In this document: piece by piece, positions 29,980 through 38,148 of the stretch | Position numbering within the stretch: the first letter of the stretch is position 1 | How the letters are laid out: the number at the start of each line of letters is the position of its first letter | Source of the DNA: Myxococcota bacterium | GTDB taxonomy: Bacteria; Myxococcota_A; Polyangia; Polyangiales; Sandaracinaceae | Assembly: GCA_036149055.1 (NCBI GenBank) | Contig: JAYZQJ010000004.1 | Location: 64,001-128,000, forward strand | Direction of reading: 5' to 3' | Length of the DNA stretch: 64,000 nucleotides | Program-made: the position numbers and the translations under genes | Notes under the pieces: model-generated | The model's input: the letters and a program-made list of their open reading frames with translations, nothing else | Databases searched by the model: none | What the model was told of the DNA's origin: nothing

Positions 29980-30914
29980 CGGTCCTCGAGGGCCCAGGCG
30001 AAGAGCCCGCACATCACGAAGCCGTGCGCGTTCGCGTAGCCGTGCGTGCGCAGCATCCACTGGATGCCGATCAGGCGGTGCCCGGTCGCCTCGCCCCACG
30101 CGTAGGCCAGCGCGAGCGGCATCGAGAGCAGCAGGGAGGCGCCGCTGACGAGCAGCAGCACCCGCGAGACGGCGCGGCGAGGCCGCCGCCAGACCCACCC
30201 GAGGGTCAGCCCGGCGACGAGGAGCAGCGCGCCGGCGAGCAGCGCCGTGCCGGCCAGCGCGAGCCACGGCGACGAGGTGATGCCGATCGCGACGATCGGC
30301 TGCGCGGCCACCGCGGCCAGCGCCGCGCCCAGGGCCAGCCGGCGGCGTCGCCCTTCGAGCGCGAGGCCGGCGCGGACCGCGAGGATCGGGGCGGCCACCG
30401 CGGCGAAGTGGAAGTGGACGCCGGTAAGCGCGACGATCAGCGGGTCGAAGTCGAGGGGGCGCGCGCCGACCCGAGACAGCAGCAGCCACCCCGCGCCCAC
30501 CGGCAGGTAGGCGAGCGCGAGCCCGGTCGCGAGCGTGTCCAGCCGCCGCAGCCCGCCCGCGAGCACCCGGCCGAGCCCGAGGAGCGCCACCAGGATGGCG
30601 AAGCTGACCCAGGCCGCCGCCCACGCGCCCGCCTCGAGCGAGACCGGCAGGGAGAGGGCGACCACCGCGGCCGCGCCGCACAGGGGCTGGGCGATCGCGG
30701 CGAGGTCGACGAGCCGGCTCTCGCGGGCGAGGGGCGCGACCGCGAGCGCCAGCGGCGCGACGCCGAGCACGGCGAGGGCGAGGACCCGGCTGATCGCGTC
30801 GGCGCCGACGAACCGGAGCCCGATGGAGAGCGCGACCCCCAGCCCGGCGCTGACCAGGAGGAGAGTGCGGGTGCGACGACCGGCGAGCTTCGGCACCCGC
30901 GGAGAATGCGTCAT
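29955..30914 (-). CDS. YndJ-like membrane protein
   Basis: Multi-TM; LTGVHFHFA and WMLRTHGYANAHGF motifs. Start uncertain. Confidence 0.75.
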   Translation of the reverse strand: MTHSPRVPKLAGRRTRTLLLVSAGLGVALSIGLRFVGADAISRVLALAVLGVAPLALAVAPLARESRLVDLAAIAQPLCGAAAVVALSLPVSLEAGAWAAAWVSFAILVALLGLGRVLAGGLRRLDTLATGLALAYLPVGAGWLLLSRVGARPLDFDPLIVALTGVHFHFAAVAAPILAVRAGLALEGRRRRLALGAALAAVAAQPIVAIGITSSPWLALAGTALLAGALLLVAGLTLGWVWRRPRRAVSRVLLLVSGASLLLSMPLALAYAWGEATGHRLIGIQWMLRTHGYANAHGFVMCGLFAWALEDRYSSADST

Positions 30915-30924
30915 TCTCGGGCGG

Positions 30925-31893
30925 ATGCACTGGATGGATCTGGAGCCCGCCCACGCGCGCCTGGCGCTGGGGGCGATGCGGGCGGTGGCGGGGGCGGACG
31001 GTGAGCTCGCGGAGGCGGAGCGCGGCCTGCTCGAGGCCGCGGGGCGGCTGCTCGAGATCGACCCCGAGGTGCCCCCGCTGACCCCGGCGGCGCTGGCGAG
31101 CGCGGGGCTGGCCGGCCGGGACGCCGAGCGGGTGGTGCAGGCGGGCATCCTCGCGGCCCTGCTCGACGGCCGGATCGACCCGGCCGAGGTGGAGGTGGTG
31201 CGCGCCCTGGCGTCGGCGGCCGGGGTCGACGAGCCCCGGGTCCACAACCTCGCCCAGATCGCGAAGGGGAGGGTGCGGCTCGCCTGGCTCGACCTGGCCC
31301 GGCGCTCGTTCGCCCGGGACGTCTTCGTCGACGCGCTGAAGCGCGAGGGGCCCCGCGGGGTCTGGAAGATCGTGGGCCCCATGCTCGGCCGGGCCGTCGA
31401 TTCGGCCCTCGCGGCCCGCTACATCGCGCTCGGCGAGCTGCCCGAGGGCACCCTCGGTCACGCCTACTTCCGCTTCGTCTACGAGAACGGGCTCGGCTTC
31501 CCGGGTGAGAAGGGCGCGGTGCCCGAGTCGGGCGTCTGGCACGACGTCAGCCACGTGCTCGGCGGGTATGGCGTCGCGCCCCGGGAGGAGGTCGAGGTGG
31601 TGTCCTTCATCGCCGGCTTCACCCGCGAGGACCCGTTCTTCTGGGTCTTCACCATCACGCTGCAGTTCCACCTCGGGATGCGTGTCTCGCCGTACTCGCA
31701 GGGGGGCGTCGGGCTCGTGGACCCGGCCCGCATGCTCGGCGCCTTCGCGCGGGGCGCGGCGATGACCGAGGACCTCTCGGTGGACGGCTGGGATCCGTGG
31801 CCCTGGTTCCCCGAGCAGCTCGAGGCGGTCCGGGCGCGCTTCGGCGTGCGTCAAGCGCCTGACCTCGGGCCCGCCGGAGCGCCGGAGGGCTGA
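30925..31893 (+). CDS. TerB-like N-terminal / Coq4-like C-terminal protein
   Basis: AVAGADG and LLDGRIDPAE (TerB-like); LPEGTLGHAY...HDVSHVLGGY...E (Coq4-like HDxxH). Confidence 0.65.
   Translation: MHWMDLEPAHARLALGAMRAVAGADGELAEAERGLLEAAGRLLEIDPEVPPLTPAALASAGLAGRDAERVVQAGILAALLDGRIDPAEVEVVRALASAAGVDEPRVHNLAQIAKGRVRLAWLDLARRSFARDVFVDALKREGPRGVWKIVGPMLGRAVDSALAARYIALGELPEGTLGHAYFRFVYENGLGFPGEKGAVPESGVWHDVSHVLGGYGVAPREEVEVVSFIAGFTREDPFFWVFTITLQFHLGMRVSPYSQGGVGLVDPARMLGAFARGAAMTEDLSVDGWDPWPWFPEQLEAVRARFGVRQAPDLGPAGAPEG
31850..31863. promoter_or_regulatory. Candidate activator box for the fliL operon
   Basis: GTCAAGCGCCTGAC (GTC-N8-GAC), 99 bp upstream of the -24 GG. Confidence 0.5.
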
Positions 31894-31947
31894 CGCCGAG
31901 GCCGCCGGATCACGTCCGAGCCCCTCCCTGCAGGCCTCGGAGAGCGA

Positions 31948-31963
31948 TGGCACGGTCGGTGCT
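31948..31963 (+). promoter_or_regulatory. Sigma54 promoter of the fliL operon
   Basis: TGGCACGGTCGGTGCT, GG-N10-GC, followed by CTAGCTC as in the flgB promoter. Confidence 0.8.
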
Positions 31964-31978
31964 CTAGCTCTCGTCGCG

Positions 31979-32473
31979 ATGGCCGACGACAAGCAAGACA
32001 CCGAGGAGCAGCCCGCGCCGAGCGGCGGCGGGAAGAGCACCCTCATCATCGTGCTCGTGGTGACCAACCTGCTCGTGGTGGCGGGCGCCGCCGGCGCGGT
32101 GGTCATGACGATGGGCAGCCAGCCGGCCGCGACCGCGGAGGCGGCCGAGCCCACGGGGAGCGGCCGCGAGGTCGGCCCCCTGCTCGAGCTCTCGGCGCTG
32201 GTGGTCAACCTCGAGGACCCCAACGGGACGCACTACCTGCGGGCGGGCTTCCAGATGGAGATCCGCGACGCCGAGCGGCAGGCCGAGGTGGAGACCCGCC
32301 TCGTCCCGCTCCGCTCCGCCGTCCTCCTGCACCTCAGCGGCAAGTCGATGGACGAGGTCGTCGGGCAGGAGAACCGCGCCGCCATCCTCGAGGAGCTGAC
32401 CGAGCTCGCCAACGAGCAGATCGGCGGCGACCTCGTGCGCGCCGTCTACTTCACGGAGTTCGTCGTCCAGTAA
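31979..32473 (+). CDS. fliL: Flagellar basal body protein FliL
   Basis: N-terminal TM; LVVNL, HYLRA, VYFTEFVVQ. Confidence 0.9.
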   Translation: MADDKQDTEEQPAPSGGGKSTLIIVLVVTNLLVVAGAAGAVVMTMGSQPAATAEAAEPTGSGREVGPLLELSALVVNLEDPNGTHYLRAGFQMEIRDAERQAEVETRLVPLRSAVLLHLSGKSMDEVVGQENRAAILEELTELANEQIGGDLVRAVYFTEFVVQ

Positions 32474-32488
32474 GGGCGGAGCCGCGCG

Positions 32489-33472
32489 ATGTTCGAAGAG
32501 CCGTCCATGGAAGAGCCCCTGCTCAGCGACGAGGAGACCAGCGCGCTCCTCGACGCGATGCGGGAGGAGGAGACGCGAGGGGAGGTCGAAGCCAAGAAGA
32601 CCGACCTCGGCTCCCCCGAGGGCCCGATGCGCGACGCGCTGGGCCGGGCGGACGCGGCGGCCATCCAGCTCGGGCGGGCGGCGCGCACGCAGCTCCTCAA
32701 GCAGACCGCGCGCGGCATGGACGTCGAGCTGCTCCCCGCCGAGATCGTGCCGCGGGACGTGCTCACCTCCTCGATCGACCCGCACGCGCTGCTGTTCACG
32801 GTGCGCTCCCGCGGCGAGGCGCTCGGCGTGGTCGCGCTCGACTCGAACCTCGGCCGCTCGGTGCTCGAGCGCTGCATGGGCGCGCCGGAGTCGAGCGGTG
32901 AGGCGGCGGCGCCCGGCGGCGCGCTGAGCGAGCTCGACCGACGCATCCTCCGCCCCTTCCCGGCGGCGGTGGTCGAGGCGCTCGGAGAGACCTTCCTCCG
33001 CGGCCGGCCCCTCACCCTCGAGGACCACGACGACGCCGACGACGGCGGGGTGCGCTTCGAGCCGATGCTCCGCCTGGGCCTGCGGTTCTCGAACGGCGGC
33101 CAGCGCGCGGGCGAGCTGCTCCTCGCCCTGACCGCGGCCGCGGTGACGAGCGCGTGCCCCAAGCAGCAGGCGGCCCGCGAGGCGCTGCAGAAGAAGAAGG
33201 AGGAGGCGCCCCGCGCGAAGGACCTCCTCGTCGAGAAGATCGCCGGCGCCGAGGTGGACCTGATCGCGGTCCTCGGGCGCGCCCCCTCGAGCGTGCGCGA
33301 CCTGCTCGCGCTCCAGACGGGCGACGTGCTGCGGCTCAGCGGCGCGCCCGGTGACCCCGTCGCGCTCTGCATCGAGGACGTGGTCCTCGGGCACGGCAAC
33401 CCGGTCGTCCACAAGGGCGACCTCGCGATCGAAGTGACCTCCAGAGAATCGAAGGGACGGCAGACGTCATGA
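32489..33472 (+). CDS. fliM: Flagellar motor switch protein FliM (divergent)
   Basis: N-terminal LSDEETSALL (LSQxEIDALL-like), LSELDRRI, C-terminal SpoA (LLALQTGDVLRL). Confidence 0.8.
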   Translation: MFEEPSMEEPLLSDEETSALLDAMREEETRGEVEAKKTDLGSPEGPMRDALGRADAAAIQLGRAARTQLLKQTARGMDVELLPAEIVPRDVLTSSIDPHALLFTVRSRGEALGVVALDSNLGRSVLERCMGAPESSGEAAAPGGALSELDRRILRPFPAAVVEALGETFLRGRPLTLEDHDDADDGGVRFEPMLRLGLRFSNGGQRAGELLLALTAAAVTSACPKQQAAREALQKKKEEAPRAKDLLVEKIAGAEVDLIAVLGRAPSSVRDLLALQTGDVLRLSGAPGDPVALCIEDVVLGHGNPVVHKGDLAIEVTSRESKGRQTS

Positions 33473-33828
33473 GTGAGCTCAGCATGGAATCTCTCGGCTT
33501 CGGCGCGAGCTCGCCCGAAGAGGCCCCCGCCGCGGCGCCGACCCCCGAGCGGTCGCACGACCTCGACCGGATCCTCGAGATCCCGCTCGACATCCACGTC
33601 GAGCTCGGGCGTCGCAAGATGCGCATCCACGAGCTGCTCGAGCTGGACGTCGGCTCGGTCCTGGAGCTCGGCACCCCGGCGGGCACCCCGCTCAGCATCT
33701 ACGCGAACAAGGTGCTCGTCGCTCAGGGCGAGGCCGTCATCGTCGGCGAGCGCTACGGCGTCCGCATCACCGACATCGTCCCCGCGAGCGAGCGCGTCCG
33801 CCGCCTCGGCGGGAAGGAGGGCTTCTGA
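33469..33828 (+). CDS. fliN: Flagellar motor switch protein FliN
   Basis: ILEIPLDIHVELG...GEAVIVGERYGVRITDI. Confidence 0.93.
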   Translation: MSELSMESLGFGASSPEEAPAAAPTPERSHDLDRILEIPLDIHVELGRRKMRIHELLELDVGSVLELGTPAGTPLSIYANKVLVAQGEAVIVGERYGVRITDIVPASERVRRLGGKEGF

Positions 33829-34949
33829 TGAAGCAGCGAATCGCCACCCTCGCCCTCGCCCTGCTCGCCGTGCCGAGCGCCGCGTCGGCGAACACCATCA
33901 CCGACGCGCGCGCCGACCTCGGCGAGGAGACCTACGAGCTCCGCGTGCAGGCCGAGGCGGACCTCGGAGAGCCGCGCATCCGCACCTCGCCCGGCTTCGT
34001 CCGGGTGTGGTTCCCGGGCATGAACAGCGTGAGCCTCGACCGGGACGGCGACGGCGCGGCCATCCGCTTCGTCCGCATCCGCCCCGGCTACGAGGACACC
34101 GCGGTGACCATCATCCGGCTCGGCGACATGCGTCGCCTCTCCGCCGACGAGGTCGTGGTGACCCGCGACGGCCCGGTGGCCCGGATCTCCATCCCGCGCG
34201 CCGCCTTGCCCCAGGTCGCGGCGATCGCGGCGGCCGAGACCGCGGCCCCCGCGCCGGTCGAGGCCCGCCAGGCGGAGCCCGCGTCGGCCGAGGCGTCCCC
34301 GGAGCCGGCCGCCGAGCCCGAGGCCGTCGAGGCGGAGGAGGAGGCGTCCGCGCCGCCGCTCGCGCTCACCCGGTCGAGCGACGCCCAGCCGCTGCCCGCG
34401 TCGGACGGTCCGAGCACGACCGTCATCCTGCTCGTCCTGACCCTGCTGCTCGGCGGCGGCTACCTGGCGCTCCGCACGGTGCAGAAGAAGATCGGCAAGG
34501 CCGGCCCGCGCCGCGACATCGACATCATCGCCCAGAAGCGGATCGGCGGGAAGCACCAGCTCCTCGTGGTCCGGGCGCTCGGCGAGGATCATCTGCTGGC
34601 GGTCCACGCCGGCCGCACCGAGAAGATCGCCTCGATGCCGGCGCCCCGCGGCGGCGACGAGGGCGGCGGCGAGCTCTCCGAGGAGAGCGACCTGCTCCCC
34701 TTCCTGCGCCTCGGCGCGGGGGAGGACGAGGAGCGCCCGCAGACGCTGCACCGCGCGTCGAGCCGCAAGAAGGTCGAGGATCGCCCGCGCTTCGGCGCCG
34801 AGCTGATGAAGCTGGTCGGAGACCGCGGCCGCGCCGACAGCGTGAGCCTCAGCGGCGGCCTCGGCGGAGGCCTCGGCGGTGGGGCGGCGTCGGCGCCCAG
34901 CGAGGCCGTCGCCGGCCTGCTCCGCCTCCGCGAGAAGCTCGGGCGCTGA
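33828..34949 (+). CDS. fliO: FliO with N-terminal extracytoplasmic extension
   Basis: Between fliN and fliP; signal peptide, TM, then IDIIAQKRIGGKHQLLVVRALGEDHLLAV. Confidence 0.75.
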   Translation: MKQRIATLALALLAVPSAASANTITDARADLGEETYELRVQAEADLGEPRIRTSPGFVRVWFPGMNSVSLDRDGDGAAIRFVRIRPGYEDTAVTIIRLGDMRRLSADEVVVTRDGPVARISIPRAALPQVAAIAAAETAAPAPVEARQAEPASAEASPEPAAEPEAVEAEEEASAPPLALTRSSDAQPLPASDGPSTTVILLVLTLLLGGGYLALRTVQKKIGKAGPRRDIDIIAQKRIGGKHQLLVVRALGEDHLLAVHAGRTEKIASMPAPRGGDEGGGELSEESDLLPFLRLGAGEDEERPQTLHRASSRKKVEDRPRFGAELMKLVGDRGRADSVSLSGGLGGGLGGGAASAPSEAVAGLLRLREKLGR

Positions 34950-34966
34950 GCCAGAGGAAAGACGTC

Positions 34967-35782
34967 ATGAAGAGCCCGCGTCACAGCGTCCGCGCCGCCT
35001 GGGTGAGCTTCGCGCTCGCCCTCGGGGTCTGCGGGGCCACCCTCGCGCCGGCCTTCGTGGCGCCCGCGATCGCGTCCGCGCAGAGCCAGGACGACGCCAC
35101 GGTGACCCCGCCGGGGAGCGTGACCGTCACCCTCCCGGATCTCGAGGAGCCCGACCAGATGGTGCCGGCGCTCAAGATCCTGGTGCTGATGACGGTGCTG
35201 AGCCTGGCGCCGGCCATCCTCATCTCGATGACGAGCTTCACCCGCATCGTCATCGTGCTCAGCTTCGTGCGGCAGGCGGTCGGCACCCAGAACGTGCCCC
35301 CGATGCAGGTGATCCTCTCGCTCTCGCTCCTGCTGACCGCGGTGGTGATGGCGCCGATCTTCCATCGCGTTCAGGTGGAGGCGCTCGACCCCTACGAGGC
35401 CGAGCAGATCGACGGCGACGAGGCCTGGGAGCGCGGCTCCGACATCATGCGCGGCTTCCTCATCCGGCAGACCCGCGAGGACGACCTGCTGCTCTTCTAC
35501 GAGCTCAGCCAGACCGACCGCCCCGCCGACCTGAGCGACGTCTCGCTCCACCTCCTGGTGCCCGCCTTCATGATCAGCGAGCTGCGCACCGGCTTCGAGA
35601 TGGGCTTCCTGCTCTTCCTGCCGTTCGTGCTCGTCGACCTGATCACCGGCAGCGTCCTGACCTCGATGGGCATGGTGATGCTCCCGCCGACGATGGTCTC
35701 GACCCCGCTCAAGATCTTGCTCTTCGTCCTGGTGGACGGATGGGCCCTCCTCACCCGCTCACTCGTGGCCTCGTTCGCATGA
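34967..35782 (+). CDS. fliP: Flagellar export protein FliP
   Basis: MTSFTRIVIVLS, PAFMISELRTGFEMGF, MGMVMLPP, PLKILLFVLVDGW. Confidence 0.95.
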   Translation: MKSPRHSVRAAWVSFALALGVCGATLAPAFVAPAIASAQSQDDATVTPPGSVTVTLPDLEEPDQMVPALKILVLMTVLSLAPAILISMTSFTRIVIVLSFVRQAVGTQNVPPMQVILSLSLLLTAVVMAPIFHRVQVEALDPYEAEQIDGDEAWERGSDIMRGFLIRQTREDDLLLFYELSQTDRPADLSDVSLHLLVPAFMISELRTGFEMGFLLFLPFVLVDLITGSVLTSMGMVMLPPTMVSTPLKILLFVLVDGWALLTRSLVASFA

Positions 35783-36051
35783 CCCCCTCCATCGGGCTCG
35801 ACTGGATCCGCGAGACGATGTGGACCGCGGTGGTCGCCGGCGCGCCGGTGATCCTGACGGTGGCCATCATCGGGCTCGCGCTCGCCATCCTGCAGGCCGC
35901 CACGCAGGTCAACGACGCGGCGGTCCCGTTCGCGGCCAAGGCCATCGGCGTGTTCGTCGCGCTGACGATGACCGGGGCGTGGATGCTCGGGCAGATGACC
36001 GACTTCGCGGAGAGCGCCTTCGAGGCGATGGCCCGCGTCACCGGCGGTTGA
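35779..36051 (+). CDS. fliQ: Flagellar export protein FliQ
   Basis: IGLALAILQAATQVND...FAAK...GAWML; ATGA overlap with fliP. Confidence 0.9.
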   Translation: MTPSIGLDWIRETMWTAVVAGAPVILTVAIIGLALAILQAATQVNDAAVPFAAKAIGVFVALTMTGAWMLGQMTDFAESAFEAMARVTGG

Positions 36052-36083
36052 CGACCTCGGGGTCGCCGGTCGACGATGGATCG

Positions 36084-38096
36084 ATGGGGGCAGGCGCGAG
36101 GGGGGCCGAGGAGTCGCCGGATCGCGCGCTGAGGGTGGCCAGCGCCGCGCTCGGCGCCGTCGCGAAGGCGGAGAGCGAGAGCGCGCTGTACCAGCGGGTC
36201 TGCGCCCTGCTCACCGAGGAGGCGGGCTACGCGCTCGCGTGGGTGGGCGCCAAGCAGCCGGGCGGCGAGGTGTGCCCGGTCGCCTGGACGGGCGACGGAT
36301 CCTACCCGGCGGGCGCCGCGACCCGCTGGGACGAGGGCCCGCGCGCGCAGGGGCCCACCGGTCGCGCGGTGCGCGAGGGCCGCACCGCGAAGGCGGTGGC
36401 CGACGAGACGAGCTACTCGCCGTGGCAGGAGGCGGCGCGGGCGCAGGGCTTCTCCGCCAGCTGCGCGGTGCCGATCCGGGTGGGCGACGCGGTGGTCGGC
36501 GCGCTGAACGTCTACGCCACCCGCGAGGGGGCGTTCGACGCCGACGAGGTGCGCCGGCTCGAGGAGATCGCCGACGTGCTGGGCCGCGGGGTGGAGCTCT
36601 TCCGGGGCCGGGCGGAGCTCAGCGCCGCGCGGGATCAGCTGCAGGCGCTCTACGACGCCAGCCCGGACATGATCTTCGTGCACGGCGGGGACGGCCGGAT
36701 CCTCGACGTGAACGAGCGGGTGCTCGAGGCCCTCCGCGTCACCCGGCAGCTGCTGATCGAGGGCCCACCCGAGGCGACGATCAGCGACCGGCACTCCCTC
36801 GAGGAGGCCCTGGGGAACACCCGGCGCGCGCTCGAGGAGGGGAGCCACGACTTCGAGTGGGAGGCGAAGCGCGGCGACGGCACGACCTTCCCGGTGGAGG
36901 TGCGCCTGCGGCGGCTGCCCGGCGCCGACCCCACGCGGCCCGACGTGCCGGCCCTGGTCGCGATCGTCCGGGACCTCACCGAGCGCAAGCGCTTCGAGGC
37001 GCAGCTCGTCGAGTCCAGCAAGCTCGAGTCGCTGTCGCTCTTCGCCGGCGGGGTGGCGCACGACTTCAACAACTTCCTCTCGGCGGTGCTGGGCGCGGCC
37101 AGCGCGCTCGAGCCGACGCTGGAGGGGGACGAGCGGAGCGCGTTCCTGCGCGACGTGATCGACGCGGCCCAGGGCGCGCGCGGCCTGACCCGGCAGCTCC
37201 TGGCGTTCGCCCGCGGCGGCGCCAGCGCGCGGGGCACCTTCGATCTCGGCCCGCTGATCCACCAGGCGGCCCGGCTCACCCTCGCGGGGCGGGGGCTGCG
37301 GGCGGAGCTCGAGGTGCCGGAGAGCCTGTGGGCCATCGACGGCGACCGCGATCAGCTCACGAGCGTGCTCCACAACCTCGTGCTCAACGCGGTGCAGGCC
37401 TCGCCGGAGGGCGCGGTGATCCGGCTCCGGGCCGAGAACGAGCGGATCCAAGCCCGGCCGCCCCTCGAGGACGGCCCGCACGTGCGCGTCGAGGTCTCGG
37501 ACCTCGGGCCGGGCATGGACGCGCAGACCCTCGCCCGGGCCTTCGACCCCTTCTTCACCACCAAGCGCGAGGGCTCCGGCCTCGGGCTGCCGACGGCGCG
37601 GGCGGTGGTCCGCCGCCACGACGGCGACCTGCAGCTCGAGAGCGCGCCCGGCCGCGGCACCACCGTGCGCCTCTGGCTGCCCGCCCTCGAGGTGCGGCCC
37701 CCCGCGCGCTCGGCCTCGGCGCCGCCGCAGCGCGACACGTCGCGCCTCCGGATCCTGCTGCTCGAGGACGAGGCCTCGCTGCAGCGCATCTTCGGCCGCA
37801 TGCTCGAGCAGCTCGGACACGACGTGGTGACCGCCGACCACGGCGACGAGGCGCTCGAGAAGGCAGCGCAGCTCCGCGCCGCCGGCGCGCGGGTCGACGT
37901 GGCCATCCTCGATCTCACGGTGCGCGGCGGCCGGGGCGGGCGCGAGATCCTGGCGGAGCTGCGCGAGGCGCTGCCGGACACGCGCGTGGTGGGCACCAGC
38001 GGCTACTCGGACGTCGACCCGAGCACCGTGCCCTTCGACGCCTTCCTCCCCAAGCCGTTCACGCTCGGGCAGCTGAGGCGGATCCTGCGGGAGTAA
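36084..38096 (+). CDS. GAF-PAS hybrid histidine kinase with receiver
   Basis: GVAHDFNN, NLVLNA, FFTTK, GSGLGL, C-terminal REC (ILDL, PKPF). Confidence 0.9.
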   Translation: MGAGARGAEESPDRALRVASAALGAVAKAESESALYQRVCALLTEEAGYALAWVGAKQPGGEVCPVAWTGDGSYPAGAATRWDEGPRAQGPTGRAVREGRTAKAVADETSYSPWQEAARAQGFSASCAVPIRVGDAVVGALNVYATREGAFDADEVRRLEEIADVLGRGVELFRGRAELSAARDQLQALYDASPDMIFVHGGDGRILDVNERVLEALRVTRQLLIEGPPEATISDRHSLEEALGNTRRALEEGSHDFEWEAKRGDGTTFPVEVRLRRLPGADPTRPDVPALVAIVRDLTERKRFEAQLVESSKLESLSLFAGGVAHDFNNFLSAVLGAASALEPTLEGDERSAFLRDVIDAAQGARGLTRQLLAFARGGASARGTFDLGPLIHQAARLTLAGRGLRAELEVPESLWAIDGDRDQLTSVLHNLVLNAVQASPEGAVIRLRAENERIQARPPLEDGPHVRVEVSDLGPGMDAQTLARAFDPFFTTKREGSGLGLPTARAVVRRHDGDLQLESAPGRGTTVRLWLPALEVRPPARSASAPPQRDTSRLRILLLEDEASLQRIFGRMLEQLGHDVVTADHGDEALEKAAQLRAAGARVDVAILDLTVRGGRGGREILAELREALPDTRVVGTSGYSDVDPSTVPFDAFLPKPFTLGQLRRILRE

Positions 38097-38148
38097 CCGA
38101 ACGTGGTCTTCAGCCACGACGGTTTTCGCCGTACACTGGCTGGAGCCC

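Noticed and set aside
19525..36051. Non-flagellar T3SS/injectisome
   Set aside because: FlgB/C/D/E, FliE, FliL and FliM are flagellum-specific, and no secretin or needle genes are present.
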